Assembly: GCF_018350175.1 (NCBI RefSeq)
Contig: NC_058369.1
Span: 18,166,001 to 18,230,000 of the forward strand
DNA from: Felis catus
Lineage: Eukaryota
Direction: 5' to 3'
Length of the DNA: 64,000 nt
A model generated the notes under the pieces. The model did no database searches. It had not been told where the DNA came from and saw only the letters and a program-made list of their open reading frames with translations. Of the stretch, positions 54,101 through 64,000 are shown piece by piece. The translations under genes were made by a program, and so were the position numbers. Numbering within the stretch: position 1 is the first letter of the stretch; the number at the start of each line of letters is the position of its first letter.

Positions 54101-57100
54101 GATTTTGGTGGCCATCTGCGGATGATGAAGCGCGTGCAGAACCTGCTTGGCCACTATCTTATCCATGGGTTCCGGGTGCGACCAGAACCAAACGGAGACC
54201 TTGACTCGGAGGCTATGGTGGCTGTGTTTGGGAGCAAGGGACTCCGAGTTGTGAAAGTTAGCTGGGGACAGGGCCGCTTCCGGGAGCTCTGGCGCTCTGG
54301 CCTATGGAACATGTCTGACTGGATCTGGGATGCACGTTGGCTTGAGGGGAACATAGCCTTGGCCCTGGGCCATAACTCAGTAGTGCTATACGACCCTGTG
54401 GTAGGGTGCATGCTGCAGGAGGTGCCCTGCACAGACAGGTGCACCCTCTCCTCAGCCTGTCTGATCGGAGACACCTGGAAGGAGCTGACCATAGTGGCAG
54501 GTGCTGTTTCCAATCAGCTCCTTGTCTGGTACCCAGCAGCTGCCTTAATAGATAATAAGCCTGTGGCCCCTGACCGACGGGTCAGTGGGCATGTGGGTGT
54601 CATCTTCAGCATGTCGTACCTGGAAAGTAAAGGCTTGTTGGCCACAGCTTCAGAAGACCGAAGTGTCCGCATCTGGAAGGTGGGTGACCTGCGGGTGCCT
54701 GGGGGTCGGGTACAGAATATTGGGCACTGCTTTGGGCACAGTGCCCGTGTGTGGCAGGTCAAGCTACTAGAGAATTACCTTATCAGTGCTGGAGAGGACT
54801 GTGTCTGCTTAGTATGGAGCCACGAAGGTGAGATCCTTCAGGCCTTTCGGGGCCACCAGGGTCGTGGCATCAGGGCTTTAGCTGCCCATGAGAGGCAGGC
54901 CTGGGTGGTTACTGGGGGTGATGACTCAGGCATCCGGCTGTGGCACTTGGTAGGGCGTGGGTACCCAGGTTCGGGGGTCTCAGCTCTCTGCTTCAAGTCC
55001 CGTAGCAGGCCAGGTACCCTCAAGGCTGTGACGCTGGCTGGCTCATGGCGACTACTGGCAGTGACTGACACAGGGGTCCTGTACCTCTATGACTTTGAGG
55101 TCAAGTGCTGGGAGCAGCTGCTGGAGGATAAACGCTTCCAGTCCTACTGCCTCCTGGAGGCAGCCCCTGGTCCTGAGGGCTTTGGACTGTGTGCCATGGC
55201 CAATGGGGAGGGTCGTGTCAAGGTTGTCCCCATCAACACTCCAACAGCAGCTGTGGACCTGACCCTGTTCCGTGGGAAGGTGCATAGTCTGAGCTGGGCC
55301 TTGCGTGGCTATGAGGAGCTCCTGTTGCTGGCATCGGGCCCTGGTGGTGTGGTGGCTTGCCTGGAAATCTCAGCCGCACCCTCTGGCAAAGCCATCTTTG
55401 TAAAGGAACGTTGCCGGTACCTACTGCCTCCAAGCAAGCAGAGATGGCACACATGCAGTGCCTTCTTACCCCCTGGTGACTTCCTGGTGTGCGGGGACCG
55501 TCGGGGCTCTGTGTTGCTGTTCCCCTCCAGACCAGCTCTGCTCAAGGATCTTGGGATTGGGGGCAAGGCCGGAGCTGTCACTGGAGCACTTGAAGCAGGT
55601 AGTGGCAGTGGTGGGGATGAAACTGAGTGGGGCCCTGTGTCCACCCTCCCTTCTCTGCACGGGAAGCAGGGTGTGACCTCGGTCACCTGCCATGGTGGCT
55701 ACGTGTATACCACAGGGCGTGATGGCGCCTATTACCAGCTCTTTGTGCGAGGTGGCCAACTCCAGCCAGTCCTAAGGCAGAAGTCCTGTCGAGGCATGAA
55801 CTGGGTGGCTGGGCTCCGTATGATGGCTGATGGGAGTATGGTCATCCTGGGTTTCCATGCCAATGAGTTTGTGGTGTGGAGTCCCCGATCCCATGAAAAG
55901 CTGCACATCGTTAACTGTGGTGGAGGGCATCGCTCCTGGGCCTTCTCTGATACCGAGGCGGCTATGGCCTTTGCCTACCTCAAGGATGGGGATGTCATGC
56001 TGTACCGGGCTCTGGGTGGCTGTACTAGGCCACACGTGATCCTCCGGGAGAGCCTGCATGGCCGTGAGATCACTTGTGTAAAGCGTGTGGGCACCATCAC
56101 TCTGGGACCTGAATTTGAGATGCCCAGCTTCATGCAGCCTGACTACTTGGAGCCCGGCAGCGAGGGGCCTGGCCTGACTGACATTGTGATCACATGCAGC
56201 GAGGACACCACTGTCTGTGTCCTGGCGCTCCCCACAGCCACTGGCTCGGCCCATGCACTTACAGCTGTCTGTAATCACATCTCCTCGGTGCGTGCGCTGG
56301 CTGTGTGGGGCGTTGGTACCCCAGGTGGCCCTCAGGATCCTCGGCCAGGCCTGACTGCTCATGTGGTGTCTGCGGGGGGCCGGGCTGAGATGCATTGCTT
56401 CAGCATCATGGTCACCCCAGACCCCAGCACCCCAAGCCGCCTCGCCTGCCACGTCATGCACCTTTCGTCCCACCGGCTAGACGAGTACTGGGACCGGCAG
56501 CGCAATCGGCACCGGATGATCAAGGTGGATCCAGAGACCAGGTAATGTGCACTGCTAGGTGGGAGTGTAGGGTGGTGTCACGCAGGGCAAGCCCCTTACA
56601 GCTGCTCCCAGGTTTGCCCTGACCTGTGTCTGGTCTCGGCAGGTATATGTCCCTAGCTATCTGCGAGCTCGACAGGCCTGGCCTTGGCCCCCTTGTGGCT
56701 GCAGCCTGCAGTGATGGAGCAGTGAGGTGAGAATGGGCATGGGGGGGTGGTAGGGCCAAGAGACAAAGCCTGGAAGGTTGTCCAGAATGGGTTCTGAGCT
56801 GGGCCACTCTCCGCCCCCCAGGCTCTTTCTTTTGCAGGACTCTGGGCGGCGGTTGCAGCTCCTGGCTGAAACCTTCCACCACAAGCGGTGTGTCCTTAAG
56901 GTCCATTCCTTTACACATGAGGCACCCAACCAGCGGCGGTGAGAGAGGCTGCATGGTGGTCCTGCACGGGCCAGGTGGGGGGTCCTGTTGCTTTCCATCC
57001 CCCTCACTGACCTAGCTGCCCTCCCCTGGCTCCCAGGAGGCTGTTCCTGTGCAGTGCAGCTACTGATGGCAGCTTGGCCTTCTGGGATCTCACTACTGTG

Positions 57101-57715
57101 CTAGACCATGGTTCCACTGCCCTGGAGCCTCCAACGGACCCCGGGCTTCCCTACCGTGAGTAGCCAGTGTACAACCATGGCTGTCCCTCCCCACCTCACA
57201 CTTTGCCTTCACCCATGTGGCAGCGAGGCCCTGATAACCATCTTCTTCCTCCAGGACTGGGCACCCCCTGCCTGACCCTCCAGGCTCATAGCTGTGGTGT
57301 CAACAGCCTGCACACCTTGCCCACACGTGAGGGCCACCTTGTGGCCAGTGGCAGTGAGGATGGCTCCCTCCATGTCTTTGTGCTGGCTGTGGAGGCACCA
57401 GAGCTGGAAGAGGCCGCTGGGGGTGCTGAGCTGGTGCCCCGGTTGCATGTGCTAGAGGAATACTCTGTCCCCTGTGCACATGCTGCCCATGTGACAGGCC
57501 TCAAGATCCTAAGCCCAAGCCTTATGGTCTCAGCCTCCATCGACCAACGGCTGACCTTCTGGCGTCTGGGGCATGGTGAGCCCACCTTCATGAACAGTAC
57601 CGTGTACCATGTCCCAGATGTGGCTGACATGGACTGCTGGCCTGTGAGCCCTGAGTTTGGCCACCGCTGTGCTCTTGGGGGCCAGGGGCTTGAGGTTTAC
57701 AACTGGTATGATTGA
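50572..57715 (+). CDS. WDR6: WD repeat-containing protein 6 (Trm734 homolog, FTSJ1 partner), 1117 aa, 6 exons
   Basis: Exons 50572-50671 (MDAHEDYVWPRATSELILLPVTGLECVGDRLLA), 54069-56541 (2473-nt exon with WD40 repeats, e.g. GHVGVIFSMSY..LATASEDRSVRIWK), 56643-56726, 56822-56938, 57037-57155, 57255-57715 (..GLEVYNWYD, TGA); 3354 nt in frame. Confidence 0.97.
52385..53073 (-). mobile_element. SINE (52385-52588), MER20-like element (about 52608-52805) and young SINEC_Fc (52833-53073)
   Basis: SINEC_Fc has TSD ccctcttttatattctt at 52817-52833 and 53076-53092; MER20 motif gcatccctggc..gttgtgacaacc..tgtctccagatattgcca. Confidence 0.85.
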
Positions 57716-57939
57716 AGTGTCCCGCGGTGGCCGGCATGCTGGGTATGGGGCCTGCTCGCAGACGGAGTGGAACAGGAGTGACTGTCTGTGCCCATGCCCA
57801 GTGTGCCTTGAGGGGAGGAGGCGGCAGCCGCGGGTTCCTGACGTCAGAGCAGGAGCTGGAGGTGAGTAGGGTGCCATCTGGGCAGACCAAAAATATGCCC
57901 TACTGCGTATAATAGGACCAGGCTTTATAACAGAAGTAA

Positions 57940-57945
57940 TTTATT
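57940..57945 (-). terminator. DALRD3: DALRD3 polyadenylation signal
   Basis: tttatt (AATAAA on the minus strand) about 90 nt beyond the DALRD3 stop. Confidence 0.7.
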
Positions 57946-58032
57946 TTTGGTTTCAGGTCCCTAACAAAATCTGTATCTTCTTTTCAGGTGATGACTCTGT
58001 AAACATTCCTAGATATTGGGGTCTCTGTGGCC

Positions 58033-60896
58033 TTAGATATGGTCCAGCGGAGGGAGGCCCAGCGTGGCTAGGCCGGTGTGAAGCACTTCACGCACGGCCC
58101 GCAGAAGCTGGAGACGGGCAAACATTTGACCAAACAGGTGTGGTCGAGGCGCCTGTTGGAGAGAAAGGGCCTGCTGGTCTCGTCCTTTGCTTCCCTTGCA
58201 CCCCCGCAACCCCCCACCCCGTTTTGCTGTGCACTTACTCCTAGGATGTGTATGCGGTTATAGTAGGAGCTGAAATCCATGCTGAGCTGTACCAGGAACT
58301 TGCACATCTAGAGACAGAGACTGAGTCACTGGCTGGTCTCTGATCTTGTGCCCAACCCAGAATAAAGCATTGAGTGTGCAGTGTCTGTCCCCGTCTCCTC
58401 TGCCTCACCGTCTCTGTGCGTGCAGTGGTGTGCAGCCCTGGGGCTGTGCACGCCAGGGCTGCTGTCTGGCTCAGCAGGTCTGGGAAGGGGAGGATGCCAT
58501 TGAAGAGCAGGAGCCACTCACCCTGGGAGGAAGAAGGGCGCTGGGAGATGAGGGCCCAACCTCCTGTGGATGCCCAACTACCTGGGGAGGGCACTCACCT
58601 CATCCTGTAGCAGTGAGAAATCGAGACTGCTCACAGGTGGAAAAGTGGGGTACAGACCTCGTTCCATGCTGTGCCTGTACCCTTCAAACAGTGTGGCAAG
58701 ACGGGCACAGTTGTACATGACGAAGGTGCCGCTCTTGGTGCCCTTTGTGGAAATGCTGCTGTCGGCCAGGGCCAGGAGAAGCTGAGGAATGGGGACACAG
58801 CTGCAGCCACCACACGTGCTGTCCAAGCCCTGATCCTGTAGGTCACCCAGGCTCACCTGACCGTGCGGGGCTGTGCTGAGCATCTCAAACTTGATGGTCG
58901 CCACGGAGAGAACGCTGAAGACCTCTGTCCAGGCTGGGTCTGAGGGAGTGCAGTCGGTCAGTCTCCACAGGCAGGGAAGCAGACAAGCCGCCCCTCCTGC
59001 AAAGCACAGCTAGGGGTTCCTGGGCGCACGCACCTTGTGCCAGGTCCCTGCCGTGCTTCGCTGCTGACGCCTTGCACACCTGGGCGTGCCGGAGCCTGCG
59101 TGAGGAGAAGAGTGAGCGGGGCAGGTGGGGTGGTGAGGAGTTCCCCTCCACCTCGACTACCCTGACTCAGGGGCCTCCCTTCCAGTCTCACTCACTCGTA
59201 GTACTCAGGGGCAGTGAGGGTGCCGGGTGCACCAGCCACTTTCACCGGGCCACAGACCAGGTGCTTCTGTCGGGAAGAAAACAGGCACTCAGCTAGGCAG
59301 CGATACCCTCCAACACCAAATCCTTCGAGAAGCCTAAATCTGGTGCCTGGACTCCCCCCCCCCCCCCCCTTTCAGGCCCACCCCAGGACACAGTCCAGTC
59401 TCTTCAGTGTTCTCTGGGATGCGCCCCCGGACCCCACCTTCTCTCAGGATGCTCACAAGCTGCGGCAAATACCCACTCACCAAGCCTGACCTTCCCCTCA
59501 GGATCAGGTGTCACGCATGGACACACTGGCCAACAGGACGCTTGAGGGTTTTCAAGGGCCCTCAGGTTGGTGGGGGCGGGGAGGAAGCCACTAAACCTAC
59601 CTGTGTGAGCGGAGCCTGGTCATCCAGCTTCCGCCAAAGCAGGTCCACCTTTTGTTGCTGGAACTCCTCCTCACAGCTCACCACGTGCACAACCATGCAG
59701 CGGTCTGCGTTAGCATCTGGGACCGCAGCCTACGGTGTGTAGGAAGACGGTCACCGAGCGAACACAGGCCACTCGGCTGGCCAGTGTCAGCCTACGGAGT
59801 CGGGTCAGTCACTAACCAGGGATGGAGGGCTGTCCCCTGGCCAGCAGCGCGCAGCCTCCTGCAGCTCGGCTAGCACCGAGAGCAGATCCTCAGTCACTGC
59901 AGAGAACACGAGGGCGTTGAGGCTAGCCAGGAGCACAGAGTCCCCACCTTCTCTCCAGCCCTGCGAGGCTCCAGCTCCTACCCAGACACTTGTCCAGGTT
60001 GGGGTCATAGCCAGCTGCGCGTCCCCGTTCTTGCACCAGCTCCTTCAGGCACACTGTGCCCAGGACGCCGCGGGGCAGGGCTCCCCGCTCCTGGGCAGGG
60101 CTAAGCTCTGCAAGCGCGCGGTTCCTCAGGGCTTCGGTGGCGGCTCTCTCCGAAGCAGCGGGCCAGTCCACGCGCAGTTGCTGCAGGAAGGTCGGCATGT
60201 GCGGGTCTCGCACGGCGGGGACGAGGCGCACACTCTCCCTGCGAAGCGAGGGCGACCGCCTCAGCCCTATCACCCGGCGCAGCTCCCCCTACTTCCCACT
60301 CGCAGCTGCTTCCGTCCCAGCTCCCTACCCCCGCCTCTTTGGCCCCGCGTCGCGCTCACCCGTGAGCGCGCAGAATTCGCGCCAAATGATCGGCCACGAG
60401 CACGGCGCGCAGCTGGCTCAGGCGGAGCGCGCCGGGGGCGCTGCGCAGCGCCGGGCAGTGGAGGAGGACGCGCGGGCCCGGCGCGGCGGGCGCGGCGGGC
60501 GCGACATAGGCGGCCACGGCGCCGAGCACGCGCTCGAAGACGGCGGGCCGCTGCAGCTGGAGCGCCAGACCCGCGGGGGTCGGCGCGCAGCGCAGCACCG
60601 GGGCCACGCCGGGGCCCTGCAGGCCGGCGACTGCACGGACCACACGCTCGGGCACCTGCGAGAGGAAGGGCGATGAGCGGGCTGCGACGCTGCCCCCCGC
60701 CGCATGTCCCCACTCGGCCGCTCGCGCCCACCTGTCCGTCCCCGAAGCGCGCTTGTAATGCGGGCCGCGGCGCCAGGAAGTCTCGGGCACGCAGGTGGCG
60801 GGCGCGCGTCTCCTTGAACCACACGGGGTCGCCAGGCCCCAGGGCCGTGTTGAGGGCCCCTAGTGTCTCTTCGACCCCCAGGCGCCCCGTCGCCAT
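58033..60896 (-). CDS. DALRD3: DALR anticodon-binding domain-containing protein 3, 542 aa, 12 exons
   Basis: Exons 60896-60732 ([16 protein letters not shown]..), 60655-60360, 60238-59982, 59896-59817, 59729-59601, 59266-59196, 59095-59034, 58939-58857, 58781-58599 ([15 protein letters not shown]), 58522-58409, 58307-58239 ([15 protein letters not shown]), 58152-58033 ([31 protein letters not shown]); 1629 nt, all introns GT-AG. Confidence 0.96.
58361..58366 (+). terminator. WDR6: WDR6 polyadenylation signal AATAAA (inside DALRD3 intron 10)
   Basis: First plus-strand AATAAA after the WDR6 stop, followed by a GT-rich downstream element. Confidence 0.7.
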
Positions 60897-61110
60897 GGCG
60901 ACCGGAAGGAAACAGCAGAACCGGAAGCAAAACCCCGGGAGGCCGAACTTCCGGGAGCACCGACAGGCCAGGGCGCGTATCCGGTGGCGGCCCCTGAGCT
61001 GACAGGTGCGCCAGAGGGAACCGTGATAGCCGCTTTCGACCTTCGGCCCCAGCTCTCCCTCTGCGTGGCCGGTCTGCCCTGCCTGGCCTAGGTTCCGAAA
61101 TCTCCGGGTC
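59950..61110. promoter_or_regulatory. CpG island / DALRD3 proximal promoter
   Basis: High CpG density; ETS motifs CCGGAAG at 60902 and 60921, ACTTCCGG at 60947; X-box-like palindrome 60889-60902. Confidence 0.75.
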
Positions 61111-61516
61111 CATCTTAGACCTAGGGTTCTGTCTTCGCCACCTGCATTAGCAACCAGGGAAAGGATCCTCCCTACTGGGTGGGGCCCAGATCGCTGTTTC
61201 TCCCCTCGAAGTCTTACCTCTGTGTATTTGTGATAACGTTTCATTCCCCACATTTGACACATGATCAAACGTCAGGAGCTCCAAATGAGTTTAGTGGGAT
61301 AGGGCAGCTAACATTACAGCCAGCTAACATTTCACGACCACCTAAAAATTCATTTTTAAAAGAATTCGTGTTCTGCGGTTTCGGGTTATTCAGAAGTATT
61401 TCCTCCTTTGCGATTTGGGTCGTCTTTACATCGGATAAATGCCTACTCTCGTAGAATTGCTTCTCTTGATTTTTCAGGAATTAGATCCATCAAGATAGTT
61501 TCCAGAATTACCAGCT

Positions 61517-61725
61517 TTTTAAACGTTTATTCATTTTTGAGAAGCAGAGACAAGAGAGTGAGTGGGGGAGGGGCAGAGAGAGAGGGAGATACAGAATCCG
61601 AAGCAGGCTCCAGGCTCTGAGCTGTCAGCACAGAACCCAGTGCAGGGCTCGAACTCAGGACGAGAGAGATCTCATGACCTGAGCCGAAGGCGGATGCCCA
61701 ACCGACTGAGCCACCCAGGCTCCCC
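61517..61725 (-). mobile_element. Carnivore SINE
   Basis: SINEC motifs; flanked by the repeat accagc.ttt(t)aa. Confidence 0.85.
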
Positions 61726-62148
61726 CAAAATGACCAGCCTTTAATGCTTTCCTTTTAACCTTGTGTACTTTAACAGGGATCCTCCGGCTTCCTGGTTTAG
61801 GCAAGGAGCCATTCTGAGCCAAATAAACAATGTGATCATGAGAAGCCCCAGCTAAAGGACTGCTCCCAGTTGGAGCATCCCATTCCACTAGAGAGACAAA
61901 GCTCTTTCCTCTGTCCACCAGGGATCCTGAATGTTTTCACTTCAATGTAACTTAAATCCCCTTTTCTTCTATTTTCTTTAATGGAGATTGAACCTGACAC
62001 AGCACACAGTGCTGGGAAAACCATGATTTCTGCTCTGAAGCAGTGAGAGTGCCCAGGGCTCAGAAAGGAGAGAACCCTAGAAAGGGGCAGCAAAAGTTTG
62101 GCAAGACCCCTTTCTGGGCCAGGGCTCCAAGGCCCTGCTGGGATCGCA

Positions 62149-62235
62149 GAAAGAGCACTGGGCGGACACGACATTCCCGATGGCTTCTTGGGTGCCCACT
62201 CAACGGGAGTGATCGTGTCATTCCAAAGCGCTTTC
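62149..62235 (-). ncRNA. MIR425: microRNA precursor mir-425
   Basis: Minus strand carries 5p AAUGACACGAUCACUCCCGUUGA (62222-62200) and 3p AUCGGGAAUGUCGUGUCCGCCC (62181-62160), which pair as a hairpin. Confidence 0.97.
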
Positions 62236-62615
62236 CATTCCGCAGGCGCATGACCCTGGGGCAGCTACTAACAGGGTTGGGGGCTGGAGGCGGAGCTGGG
62301 GGCTACAGCTACTCTCGGTACACGAAGACGGTTGGGGTGGGTTTTCCCCAGGAAGTGAAGGGCTATCTTTAGCAAGCTGCGGTGGCCCTGTGGGACTCAC
62401 CGCGATCGCAGCCCTGTCCAGAGGCCCTGGAAACGCCCTCCCTTGTCAATGCCACTCCAGGTTCCAGACATGACCACAAACCTGCTCTCCGACGTCTACG
62501 CCCACCACTTCCAGGCTGAGGGCGCACTTGAGACAGGGTCGGAGACCAGAGCGACCCAATAAGTATGTATGGGGGTCAGAGGCTGGCCCACCCCACCTAG
62601 GCCAGGACGCTGCTC

Positions 62616-62707
62616 TGGCAGGAGAGCAGGGAACGAAATCCAAGCGCAGCTGGAATGCTCTGGAGACAACAGCTGCTTTTGGGATTCCGTTGCCCGCTGT
62701 CCAGCCG
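62616..62707 (-). ncRNA. MIR191: microRNA precursor mir-191
   Basis: Minus strand carries 5p CAACGGAAUCCCAAAAGCAGCUG (62692-62670) and 3p GCUGCGCUUGGAUUUCGUUCCC (62650-62629); hairpin, clustered with mir-425. Confidence 0.97.
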
Positions 62708-62999
62708 TGGCGGGTGGGAATGACCCCGGGGCGGGGGGGTAGTTCCCTTGTCCTGGGGCCAGATCAGGACCCCCATTCCCAGTACCAGGAGACGGACCTA
62801 CGAGTGGGCGGTAAAACCGAGTGTAGTGGGAACGAGGCGCTCACCTGGGCCCCCAAACAATAGGAAGGTTGGTGGGGGTCTCCCCTGGGACCGGTCCAGA
62901 TCCGGATTAGATCCGCAGGGTAAGATTACTCCTGTTGGTCCCATGAAGCCAGGCCACCAGTGCGGAGATGGTGGTGGGAAGGGCTTCGAGATCAGCCTA

Positions 63000-64000
63000 G
63001 AGGGAAGCTCACCCGTGGGGCCGGAGAGGAAGTAAAGCCGCGCGCCCGCCTCAGGGACACCCCCGCACCCCGGGCCCTTTGTCCCGTGACTATGCCAGCG
63101 CCCGGAGCGCTGGGGACCCAATGGCGGCGATAGGACCCCCGGGAAGCCATTGCGACCGTCCTCCGCTATGCCGAACCTCCCTCCCGCCCGGCCCCGTGGG
63201 TAGCAGACGCGTCAACATTCCCTTGAGGCCACGACACGGTGGGGGCGCGAAGATGCCCGAAACCCGCGCGGGCGCCAGCGACTCTCGCGCCAGTAGGCCC
63301 TCTGATTCGGTTCAAGACGGGGGGTCGGGGAATTCCCGGGCCGCGAGCAGCGTGAGCGACGACAGGGCGATGCTCCAGCAGCTGTCTAGTTCAATATCTG
63401 GTTCCGTTCGGCCCGGTGGCTCCCACCCGAACAGCTACAATCGCCCTACCACGGCGTCCCCTTCCGCTTGCTGGGGCCGCAGATTTGGAGCCATTTTAAG
63501 GCGAAACCAATCAGCCACGCCCCCTCGCGCTCCTGAGAAGCCAATCCACGCGTGGCCACGCCCCGGGAGACGCGCGGCGACGACGCCAACGGTCGCACTG
63601 GTGACGGTTGAGGAGGGGCGTGATTCGCAGAAGTGCGGGGGAAACCTGAGCTGGCCGCTCCGCCCTCGGAACCCGACGCCCCAAAGCCTGGGATTAGGGG
63701 CTTGGATGCTGGCCCCACGCCCTGGCCAGGTGTGAGGGACTCGACCAGGTGCGCGGCAGCCCCGCCCCAGGCTCCGGGAGCCTGCGTTAATAGCTGAAGG
63801 CCGGGGACCAAGCGGCAGCGGGGCCCCAGGCAGCGCTCTGAGGCCGGCCACGCCACCAGGTGTCCGGCTCCCCCAGGACGGTCTGTGGGGGCCTGGGGCG
63901 GGGCGGGCGGCAGGTGCAGACACCGGAGCCGCGGTAGGGGACGGGCCCTCCTGGGACAGTTTTCCCGGGCCGGCTCCTTCACAATCCCGCGCTGGGGCAG
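63000..64000. promoter_or_regulatory. CpG island, probable bidirectional promoter (miR-191/425 and DALRD3 upstream transcript; NDUFAF3 expected beyond the window)
   Basis: YY1-like GCCATTTT 63490-63497, CCAAT at 63507 and 63541, CCACGCCCC boxes at about 63515 and 63556. NDUFAF3 is inferred from synteny only; its CDS was not seen. Confidence 0.7.

Noticed and set aside
59917-61268. Long overlapping ORFs (361, 332, 231, 206 aa)
   Set aside because: Stop-poor GC-rich CpG island; explained by DALRD3 exons 1-3 plus alternative or antisense frames.
63079-63982. ORFs of 162-218 aa as NDUFAF3 or a new gene
   Set aside because: Low-complexity Arg/Pro/Gly/Ala translations typical of CpG islands; no NDUFAF3-like sequence recognised.

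Overview
Mammalian genomic DNA, almost certainly a cat-family (felid) carnivore, judged from many young SINEC_Fc-type tRNA-derived SINEs. It is orthologous to the human 3p21 cluster. Contents: the 3' part of ARIH2 (+; one expected exon probably hidden in an N gap), P4HTM (+), WDR6 (+), DALRD3 (-), the miR-425/miR-191 cluster (-), and a CpG-island promoter at the right edge, where NDUFAF3 is expected just outside the window. The main discovery is a four-exon gene nested antisense in P4HTM intron 2 (43038->40611). It splices at canonical GT-AG sites into an uninterrupted 285-aa secreted Frizzled-related protein (signal peptide, Frizzled CRD, netrin/NTR domain). Its residues match Crescent, an embryonic-organizer Wnt/Tolloid antagonist of frogs and birds generally regarded as absent from human and mouse. 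It has its own TATA/octamer promoter, and a homeodomain/SOX motif cluster lies about 4.5 kb upstream. Gene identities are from remembered sequence families; no database search was run.
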